From Vulcanimicrobiota bacterium (GTDB taxonomy: Bacteria > Vulcanimicrobiota > Xenobia > Xenobiales > JADMJV01), in assembly GCA_050250895.1 (NCBI GenBank), contig JBFWNU010000006.1, forward strand, positions 315,710 to 379,709: a stretch of DNA of 64,000 nucleotides, read 5' to 3'. The notes under the pieces are model-generated. The model ran no database searches. It worked only from the letters and a program-made list of their open reading frames with translations, and was not told the origin of the DNA. How positions within the stretch are numbered: position 1 is the stretch's first letter; each line of letters starts with the position of its first letter. Positions 56,948-64,000 of the stretch are shown here, piece by piece. A program made the position numbers and the translations under genes.

Positions 56948-57904
56948 ATGCTGGTCTCATCTCACTCACCGCCGGCTCGTCGACCTATGCCCGAAGGGGC
57001 TTTTCATTATGTTGACGAGCGCGAGGTCGAAGGAAAGCTCGAGCCTCCCGAGTTGCGAGGCGTCGTTTTCGAGCAGTGGCCCGACGGTCGCGCCCAAATA
57101 CTGCGCTACTCGGGAGAAACCACTCCCGAAGGTCCCGACCTCCCGGCCGACGCGGTCGTCGACAATGAGGTGGTCTTCTATGTTGATGGTATCGGCCAAC
57201 GTCTGAGTGAGCATCAGCGCCAGATTCGCTCAGTGCTCCATGGTGGGCAGTCCGAGTCGGCCAATCTGTCGCGTCCGATCCTTGGCATCCACGAGGGAGC
57301 CGGCCGGTCGACCATGCATGACATCGTTCGCATCGGCAAGGCCATGGCTTTGACCAAGAGTCTACAGTATGACCTGGCGCCTCTCGACTGGGTCCGCTCC
57401 AAGGCCTATCAGGTCGACCCTTCCGTGCATTCTATCCACAATCTGTTGCGCCAGGCCCTGGTCGCCGGCCACCAGGTCACCCTGATGTGTCACAGCGGGG
57501 GAGGAGCCCAAACCGCTCTGGCTCTATCTATTCTGGCCCGGGAAGAGGATGGTCGTTGGACCGAGAAAATTTCTGATCAGGTTCGCATTCTGTCCCTGGC
57601 TGGTGCCGCTTCGGAGCAAGACTTCAAGATGGCCGGAATCAAGAGTGAGAACCTGCTTTATACCGGCAGCGGCCGCGACCCTGTCTATAGCGCCTTCCGC
57701 AACCATCTCGGGCCCTATTCCTGGAAGTCCAACTTCAAAGCCGTTTACGACGCCGCCCAGGCGGGCCTTAACTACCTCCGCGAGAAAAAGATCTATCACG
57801 CCCCCGACTATCTTTTCGCCCAGCACCAGCAGACCGAAGGCAATCGCCTCGAGGCTTTTCTGCTGGGGGGTCCGGGCGGAAAATACGAGCTAGACCTAAC
57901 TTGA
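56948..57904 (+). CDS. Alpha/beta-hydrolase-fold (lipase-like) orphan
   Basis: YVDGIG oxyanion-like loop, CHSGG nucleophile elbow, RDPV Asp, YH His candidate. Confidence 0.65.
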   Translation: MLVSSHSPPARRPMPEGAFHYVDEREVEGKLEPPELRGVVFEQWPDGRAQILRYSGETTPEGPDLPADAVVDNEVVFYVDGIGQRLSEHQRQIRSVLHGGQSESANLSRPILGIHEGAGRSTMHDIVRIGKAMALTKSLQYDLAPLDWVRSKAYQVDPSVHSIHNLLRQALVAGHQVTLMCHSGGGAQTALALSILAREEDGRWTEKISDQVRILSLAGAASEQDFKMAGIKSENLLYTGSGRDPVYSAFRNHLGPYSWKSNFKAVYDAAQAGLNYLREKKIYHAPDYLFAQHQQTEGNRLEAFLLGGPGGKYELDLT

Positions 57905-58369
57905 AATAGCCTTCATCAGATTGGCCATTTCGATGGCCGCCACCGCCGCCTCGGCGCCTTTATTGCCGGCTTTGGTACCGGCCCTTTCGATGGCTTGCTC
58001 GAGATTTTCGACGGTGATGACCCCATAGGTCACCGGCAACCCGTGATCGAGAGCGATCTTGCCCAGGCCCTTGGTGACCTCTCCGGCCAGATAGTCAAAG
58101 TGAGGAGTAGCTCCGCGAATAAGACATCCGATGGCTACGATGGCGTCATACTTTCCACTCTTGGCCATGGCCTGAGCCACCACCGGGATTTCCCAGGTGC
58201 CCGGCACGCGGGCGGTGGCAATGCGCTCGGGCTTGGCGCCGTGGCGGGTGAGGGCGTCCTGAGCCCCTTCCAGCATCTTGTCGGTGATGAAGGCGTTCCA
58301 GCGACTGACGACCAGTCCGAATCGCAGGTCGGAGGCGACTAGATGTCCCTCGTGAGTGGTAGATTGCAT
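57896..58369 (-). CDS. ribH: 6,7-dimethyl-8-ribityllumazine synthase
   Basis: [32 protein letters not shown]. Confidence 0.97.
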   Translation of the reverse strand: MQSTTHEGHLVASDLRFGLVVSRWNAFITDKMLEGAQDALTRHGAKPERIATARVPGTWEIPVVAQAMAKSGKYDAIVAIGCLIRGATPHFDYLAGEVTKGLGKIALDHGLPVTYGVITVENLEQAIERAGTKAGNKGAEAAVAAIEMANLMKAISS

Positions 58370-58504
58370 GCTTACTCCTTAACCCACCTTATGCGCGACC
58401 AAACCTCGTCTGGCGACGCTATCACGCTCAACTGCTGCATCGCGCTCCTCGCGGCGCCCGCTCCTTGCATTTGAAAGCGCTAGCGCCGCGATCCTTCGGC
58501 CCGG

Positions 58505-59734
58505 CTACGCATCAAGTGGGTTTAACAGCTCGGCCGGGAAGAGGTGACCCATCTTGCCGCGCTTGGTCTTGAGATACTTCAGGTTGTGAGGATTGGGTTC
58601 GACCGGTAGCCCCACCCACTCGACGATCTCGAGCCCATAGCCGTCGAGCGCTTTTACCTTGGCCGGATTGTTAGTCATGAAGCGAACCTTCTTAAGCCCC
58701 AGATCGAGCATGATCTGGGCCCCGATACCATAGTCGCGCAGGTCGGGCTTGAAGCCCAAGCGGGTGTTGGCCACCACCGTGTCGTCGCCCTGATCCTGCA
58801 ACTCATAGGCCTTCATCTTGTTGACCAGTCCGATCCCTCGGCCCTCTTGCTCGAGATAGATGACCGCGCCCCGGCCCTCTTCGCTGATACGCTCGAGGGC
58901 CAGTTGCAACTGGGCGCCGCAATCACAACGTAGAGAACTCAGCAGGTCGCCGGTGACGCAAGAGGAGTGCACCCGCACCAGCACCGGGTCGTCTCCGCTG
59001 AGATCTCCCTTGACCAGTGCGATGGCGGGGTTGGTCCAGACCGAGGACTCATAGGCGTGGACCGTCAGCGTGCCATAGTTGGCCGTGGGCAAAGTGGTGG
59101 TGGCGGTGCGCTCGATGAGCCTTTCTTTGGTGCGGCGATAACTGATCAGATCGGCGATGGTGATGATCTTCATGTCGAGGCGGCGGGCCATTTCGAGCAG
59201 TTCGGGGGTGCGGGCCATGCTGCCATCGTCGTTCATGACTTCGGCCAACACGCCCATCGGAGCCAGGCCCGCCAGGCGACAGAGATCGACCGACGCCTCG
59301 GTGTGACCGGCTCGACGCAAGACCCCGCCACGTTCGGCCCGGAGCGGCACGATGTGTCCTGGCCGGGTGAAGTCGTGGGCGCGAGCGTTGGGGTCCGAGA
59401 GCTTGAGCACGGTCTTGGCTCGATCTGCGGCCGAGACGCCAGTGGTGGTGCCTTCGCGAGCATCGACGGTCACGGTCATGGCTGTTCCCAAGCGTGACGT
59501 GTTATCGCCCACCATCATCGGAATCTCAAGTTCCATGAGGCGCTGGCCGGTGGTGGGGGCGCAGACGAACCCGCTCCCGTGCTTGATCAGTACGTTCATG
59601 GTTTCGGGCGTGCACTTCTCGGCTGCCATGATGAAGTCGCCTTCGTTTTCGCGATCCTCGTCGTCGACCACGATGATGATCTTTCCCTGGCGGATGTCTT
59701 CGAGGGCTTCCTCGATAGTGGAGTATTCGCTCAT
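58505..59734 (-). CDS. ribBA: Bifunctional DHBP synthase / GTP cyclohydrolase II
   Basis: DDEDRENEGD, RAGHTEA, RVHSSCVTGD..RCDCG, QEGRGIGL, TNNPAK. Confidence 0.97.
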   Translation of the reverse strand: MSEYSTIEEALEDIRQGKIIIVVDDEDRENEGDFIMAAEKCTPETMNVLIKHGSGFVCAPTTGQRLMELEIPMMVGDNTSRLGTAMTVTVDAREGTTTGVSAADRAKTVLKLSDPNARAHDFTRPGHIVPLRAERGGVLRRAGHTEASVDLCRLAGLAPMGVLAEVMNDDGSMARTPELLEMARRLDMKIITIADLISYRRTKERLIERTATTTLPTANYGTLTVHAYESSVWTNPAIALVKGDLSGDDPVLVRVHSSCVTGDLLSSLRCDCGAQLQLALERISEEGRGAVIYLEQEGRGIGLVNKMKAYELQDQGDDTVVANTRLGFKPDLRDYGIGAQIMLDLGLKKVRFMTNNPAKVKALDGYGLEIVEWVGLPVEPNPHNLKYLKTKRGKMGHLFPAELLNPLDA

Positions 59735-60372
59735 AGATCCATAAAGCCAGCTGACTTCAGCTTGTCCTCACTAAGATTCCCCCGGGCCGTCATTAAAAGC
59801 TTTTCGGTGTATTTGGCCAGCACGTCGGTCTCGAGATTGACCGTGGCCCCGGGTCGAAGCTTACCCAGGTTGGTGTGACCCATCGTGTGGGGCACGATCC
59901 ATACGCTAAAAGAAGAGTCATCGACCTCGACCACCGTCAGACTGATACCGTCGACGGCGATGCTGCCCTTGGGCACGATGTAGCGTAACAGGCCGGTCTC
60001 GGTGGCAAAGCGGAAGACCTGGCCGTTGCCTTCGGGTCGGACCGACAGCAGGCGGCCGGTGCCGTCGACATGACCTTGCACATAGTGGCCACCCATGCGA
60101 CCCCCGACGGCGACGGCCCGCTCGAGATTGACCGGGCTTCCGGCGCTCAGGCCGGCCAGGCTGGTGCGACGCACCGTTTCGGCCACGGCGTCAAAAGACA
60201 GCCGCTGGCCGTCGATCTCGACCACGGTCAGACAGATGCCGTTAACGGCAATGCTGTCGCCGAGCCTGGCATCCTGATGGACCAACTGGGTCGAAACGGA
60301 CAAACGCGCCTGCTGGCCCCGCAGCGTCAGCGCCGCGATCTGGGCGACTTCTTCGACCAATCCCGTAAACAC
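59731..60372 (-). CDS. ribE: Riboflavin synthase alpha chain
   Basis: MFTGLVEE, GDSIAVNGICLT, GGHYVQGHVD, KGSIAVDGISLT. Confidence 0.97.
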   Translation of the reverse strand: MFTGLVEEVAQIAALTLRGQQARLSVSTQLVHQDARLGDSIAVNGICLTVVEIDGQRLSFDAVAETVRRTSLAGLSAGSPVNLERAVAVGGRMGGHYVQGHVDGTGRLLSVRPEGNGQVFRFATETGLLRYIVPKGSIAVDGISLTVVEVDDSSFSVWIVPHTMGHTNLGKLRPGATVNLETDVLAKYTEKLLMTARGNLSEDKLKSAGFMDL

Positions 60373-60406
60373 GGCAACAGCTTACGAAAGAGGTGGAAGG
60401 AATCCT

Positions 60407-63400
60407 TCAAGCCAGCGTGCCCCGCACCCGCGTGATGCACTCGTTGCAGGTGTCGCTGTGCTCGTCGAGATTGCTGCCGCAGGTGGGACATTTCCGCGCG
60501 GGCGCTTTGTTCTGGCGCGATGACCCGCCGCTCCCCTTCTCTTGCTTGTTGAACTTCGATTCCTCCATGACCTTGTCGTAATAGGCGACTTGCTGGTTCT
60601 CGCGGGCCGCCCGCGCCTTTTCGTAGTTCTTCGACCGCTTGATTCCGGTCCAGTCTTCCTTTTCGTTTTTGCGCGTTTGCTTGGCCTCGACCGACTCGGC
60701 CCACTTCTCGAGTCGAATCTCGTCGTGAGACTTAGATTCTTTCTTTTCCCGAATCCGGGCGTCGCGCTCGGAGCGAGTGTCCTGGTCGAGTTGTCCTCGG
60801 CGCGCTCCTCCCGCACCAGAGGCCATCTGTAGACGCGCCTTGCCCTCTTCGGTATTGGCCTTGGCAGGATCCGTGTGACGAGCCTTGGCCTCGGCTTGCT
60901 CGCGCACCATCTTGCCATCGGGACCCCTGGGTCCAGTGGGGCTGGCATTGGAGCGAAAGACCGCGCGGGTTTGCTGTTGCTCGTTCTTGCGAGGAGCCGT
61001 CGCTTCACTGGTGACTTTGCCTTTGCTGGGCCGGTGAGCCCGTCGGCTGCCACTGGCCTCGGCTGGCTGCGAATCCTGGCGCAGCGATTGGCGTGAGGTG
61101 ATGGGCTTGCGTCCTCCCGTCGCCTTGAGGTTCTTCAGCCGGCCGGTCGCTTGCGGGTTGATTCGTTCCTCGCGGCTGGTGGTTCGAGGTTCGCTCGCTC
61201 GCGAGGGCTGGCGCGGCTTGTGCTCGGGCTGCTCGCGCCGGAGGGCGACGGGGCGCTCGCTGCGAGTCTGCTCGGCCTCGAGTCGGCGTGTGGTCAGAGG
61301 CCGTTCGCGCGCGACGCTGGCTTTGGAAGCCTCGGTTTTGATGGCCATGGCCCGGGCTGGTCGGGGGCGGGACCCCTGGCTGCGGGTCAGTTTGACGCTC
61401 GGCTTGAGGTTGCTGGTGAGCTTGGTGCGCGAACTCCTGTTATTGACCTCGGAATGCTCCACGTTGCGAGCGCTCAAAGTGGTGGCCCGACGGCTCATCC
61501 GACGGTTCTCTTTGGGGGCCGCCCCGGCCGAGCGCGAAATTCGGGTGGGCGTCTGGTCGAGACGACGCGCTTCGGCCCGGTTGCTGGAGCGCTCCGGCCG
61601 GGCCGGAGCTTCTTCGCGCAAGGTCCTGACCCCGGCTTTCGGCGTTCTGCGAAGCTCGGCCCCCTGAACGCTGTCGGCTCGGGTCGAGCGAACGCGGGTC
61701 GGCTTAGCCCCCTCACTGCGGACCAGTTTGCTGGTCGGTTTGAACGGGGCTTTAGCCTGGCGGGTTTCTACCAGTTTGTGAGATTCGACCGGTCTGGATT
61801 CGCTTCGGCCGGCAGGACGACTCTCTTTGGTGGCTTGAACCCGGCCGGCTTTCGTTGCGAGTACCCGTTGTTCATCGTGCGGACGAGTTTCGGCTCGGGC
61901 CGATTCGGCCCTGGGGCGCGAGCGGCCGGCCTCGACAGCCTGGGTTTTGGCCGACTTGCCATCGGGACGAGGGCCATGACCACGGACCAGTTTCTGGGAG
62001 GGCTTGGAGGGAGTCTTGGCCGACTGGGTTTGAGCCTGCTTTTGCGGTTGCGAGGTCTTCTGGGTCGAAGGCCGCTCTTCATGGGGTCTGGAGGCTGAGG
62101 TTTTGGCCGTCGCTGCACGCTCGGGCTTGGGCTGGGCGTGGCGGGACAACGGAGCCTCTTCAGAGCGGCGACCGCGCAATTTCTGCAGGTCTCCGTCGAC
62201 CTTCGTGCCTCGAACCTGTTCCGCCCCCCTTGTTTGGCGTGAGCGCCGGGATGGCTTGGCTCCTTCGCTGCGTACGAGCTTCTGGGTCGGCTTGAAATGT
62301 GACTTCGTCTCGCGGTTCTTCTCCTGGCCGGCGGTGCGATTCTCTGGTAGGGTTCCCTCGGATTTGACCCGGCGCTCCGGGGAGCGGGCAGCTTTACCGG
62401 TGGTCAGGCGCCCGCGCGCGATACCTTTGTCGGCAGTTGTCTTCTGTTCACTGCGGGCGTTGATACTCTCTCTCTCGCCGGCGGCCCGACGACGACCGAG
62501 CGGCTCTGCCTCGGCGGCTCGGGCTCGACCCCGGCGGGCCGAGGCCGGTTTGGCGCCCTGGCTGCGCGTGAGTTTTTGTTCGGCCTTGAAGGGGGCTCGA
62601 GGCTTATGTTCCGCGGTTGGTTTTGATTCGTCGCCACGGGCTCTGAGTAGTTCGGCCCTGGGGGGCTTGCTCTGTCCGGCCTTCTGAGTCTTGCTCTGCA
62701 AACCGCCGGATTCCTGACTGGCCCGGGCGGCTGTCTTGCCGACCTCGCGGGCCTGACCGGGCTTAGCCTCGGCCTTGACTTGAGCGGGCCTGGCTTCGGC
62801 CGGCTTGCTCTCGAGGCGGGCGGGCTTGGCGGTCTCGCGGGCCTGACCGGGCTTGGCCTCGGTCTTGACTTGAGCAGGCCTGGCTTCGGCCGGCCTGCCC
62901 TCGCCGCGGGCGGCTTTGGCGGTCTCGCGGCCCTGACCTGGTTTGGCCTCGGTCTTGACTTGAGCAGGCCTGGCTTCGGCCGGCTTGCCCTCGCCGCGGG
63001 CGGGCTTGGCGGTCTCGCGGGTTTGACCGGGTTTGGCCTCGGTCTTGACTTGAGCAGGCCTGGCTTCGGCCGGCTTGCTCTCGCCGCGGGCGGCTTTGGC
63101 GGTCTCGCGGGTTGGACCGGGTTTGGCCTCGGTCTTGACTTGAGCAGGCCTGGCCTCGGCCGGCTTGCCCTCGCCGCGGGCTGTCTTGCCCATCTCGCGG
63201 GCCTGACCGGGCTTAGCCTCGGCCTTGACTTGAGCGGGCCTGGCTTCGGCCGGCTTGCCCTCGAGGCGGGCGGCTTTGGCGGTCTCGCGGGTTGGACCGG
63301 GTTTGGCCTCGGTCTTGACTTGAGCAGGCCTGGCCTCGGCCGGCTTGCCCTCGACGCGGGCGGGCTTGGCGGTCTCGCGGGTTTGACCGGGTTTGGCGTC

Positions 63401-64000
63401 GCCGTGGGCGGCTACGGCGGGTTTGCCGGCTTCGGCGGTGGCCGGCCTGGCTTCGCCGCGAGCGGCTACGGCGGGTTTGCCTGCTTCGGCGGTGGCCGGC
63501 CTGGCTTCGCCGTGGGCGGCTACGGCGGGTTTGCCGGCTTCGGCGGTGGCCGGCCTGGCTTCGCCGCGAGCGGCTACGGCGGGTTTGCCTGCTTCGGCGG
63601 TGGCCGGCCTGGCTTCGCCCCGGGCAGCTACGGCGGGTTTGCCTGCTTCGGCGGTGGCCGGCCTGGCTTCGCCCCGGGCAGCTACGGCGGGTTTGGTTGC
63701 TTCGGCGGCGGCCGGCCTGGCCTCGCCCCGAGCGGCTACGGCGGGTTTGGCGGCTTCGGCGGTGGCCGGCCTGGCTTCGCCGCGGGCGGCTACGGCGGGT
63801 TTGGCTGCTTCGGCCGTGGCCGGCCTGGCTTCGCCGCGAGCGGCTACGGCGGGTTTGCCTGCTTCGGCGGTGGCCGGCCTGGCTTCGCCGCGGGCGGCTA
63901 CGGCGGGTTTGGCTGCTTCGGCCGTGGCCGGCCTGGCTTCGCCGCGAGCGGCTACGGCGGGTTTGCCTGCTTCGGCGGTGGCCGGCCTGGCTTCGCCGCG
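60407..64000 (-). CDS. Giant Arg/Lys/Ala/Pro-rich repeat protein with C-terminal zinc ribbon (5' end outside the window)
   Basis: The frame of ORF 60407..63193 stays open to 64000 (RGEARPATAEAGKPAVAA repeats); ends in CPTC..CNEC. Confidence 0.7.
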   Translation of the reverse strand, partial: RGEARPATAEAGKPAVAARGEARPATAEAAKPAVAARGEARPATAEAGKPAVAARGEARPATAEAAKPAVAARGEARPATAEAAKPAVAARGEARPAAAEATKPAVAARGEARPATAEAGKPAVAARGEARPATAEAGKPAVAARGEARPATAEAGKPAVAAHGEARPATAEAGKPAVAARGEARPATAEAGKPAVAAHGDAKPGQTRETAKPARVEGKPAEARPAQVKTEAKPGPTRETAKAARLEGKPAEARPAQVKAEAKPGQAREMGKTARGEGKPAEARPAQVKTEAKPGPTRETAKAARGESKPAEARPAQVKTEAKPGQTRETAKPARGEGKPAEARPAQVKTEAKPGQGRETAKAARGEGRPAEARPAQVKTEAKPGQARETAKPARLESKPAEARPAQVKAEAKPGQAREVGKTAARASQESGGLQSKTQKAGQSKPPRAELLRARGDESKPTAEHKPRAPFKAEQKLTRSQGAKPASARRGRARAAEAEPLGRRRAAGERESINARSEQKTTADKGIARGRLTTGKAARSPERRVKSEGTLPENRTAGQEKNRETKSHFKPTQKLVRSEGAKPSRRSRQTRGAEQVRGTKVDGDLQKLRGRRSEEAPLSRHAQPKPERAATAKTSASRPHEERPSTQKTSQPQKQAQTQSAKTPSKPSQKLVRGHGPRPDGKSAKTQAVEAGRSRPRAESARAETRPHDEQRVLATKAGRVQATKESRPAGRSESRPVESHKLVETRQAKAPFKPTSKLVRSEGAKPTRVRSTRADSVQGAELRRTPKAGVRTLREEAPARPERSSNRAEARRLDQTPTRISRSAGAAPKENRRMSRRATTLSARNVEHSEVNNRSSRTKLTSNLKPSVKLTRSQGSRPRPARAMAIKTEASKASVARERPLTTRRLEAEQTRSERPVALRREQPEHKPRQPSRASEPRTTSREERINPQATGRLKNLKATGGRKPITSRQSLRQDSQPAEASGSRRAHRPSKGKVTSEATAPRKNEQQQTRAVFRSNASPTGPRGPDGKMVREQAEAKARHTDPAKANTEEGKARLQMASGAGGARRGQLDQDTRSERDARIREKKESKSHDEIRLEKWAESVEAKQTRKNEKEDWTGIKRSKNYEKARAARENQQVAYYDKVMEESKFNKQEKGSGGSSRQNKAPARKCPTCGSNLDEHSDTCNECITRVRGTLA
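62740..63395 (-). repeat. Coding tandem repeat, 90-bp unit (30 aa), about 7 copies
   Basis: TGAGC(A/G)GGCC anchor at 62781, 62871, 62961, 63051, 63141, 63231 and 63321. Confidence 0.9.
63400..64000 (-). repeat. Coding tandem repeat, 54-bp unit (18 aa), at least 11 copies
   Basis: CTACGGCGGGTTTG anchor every 54 bp from 63412 to 63952. Confidence 0.92.

Noticed and set aside
60373-60406. FMN riboswitch before the rib operon
   Set aside because: There are only 34 bp between genes and no FMN aptamer consensus. ribD is also absent here and is presumably elsewhere.
63400-64000. Regular repeats as a possible CRISPR array
   Set aside because: The units are contiguous 54-bp in-frame repeats without unique spacers, and there are no cas genes.

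Overview
GC-rich, densely coded bacterial chromosomal window with about 65 CDS. I see no rRNA, tRNA, CRISPR array or transposase. Gene content and the many orphan genes suggest a poorly characterised lineage, possibly Eremiobacterota/Vulcanimicrobiota, but this is an unverified impression. Housekeeping genes include tatA-tatC-tatA, rex, ruvB, hbd, comEA, acyP, thrC, gpmI, typA and ribE-ribBA-ribH. The main unusual features are as follows. (1) Four dispersed genes share one promoter architecture, two AAC-type pentamers spaced by 6 nt, then exactly 21 nt, then a -10 hexamer. Three of them look leaderless. They encode proteins with no signal peptide and Pro/Ser-rich N-termini (two hydrophobic orphans, a GH13 glucan enzyme and an alpha/beta hydrolase), a candidate co-regulated effector regulon. 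(2) An 8-kb peptide ligase/peptidase cluster carries five ATP-grasp domains, including a tandem Ddl-Ddl fusion missing from the ORF track and a circularly permuted ATP-grasp, plus M14 and DUF1704 peptidases. (3) A stand-alone GyrB N-terminal pseudo-ATPase lies in an operon with comEA and a PD-(D/E)XK nuclease. (4) A soluble FtsH-like protein has a degenerate AAA module but an intact Zn site. (5) A giant basic repeat protein contains 54-bp and 90-bp arrays. (6) There are two further recurrent promoter motifs and an unannotated 56-aa ORF. All protein assignments are from motif recognition by eye, not database searches.
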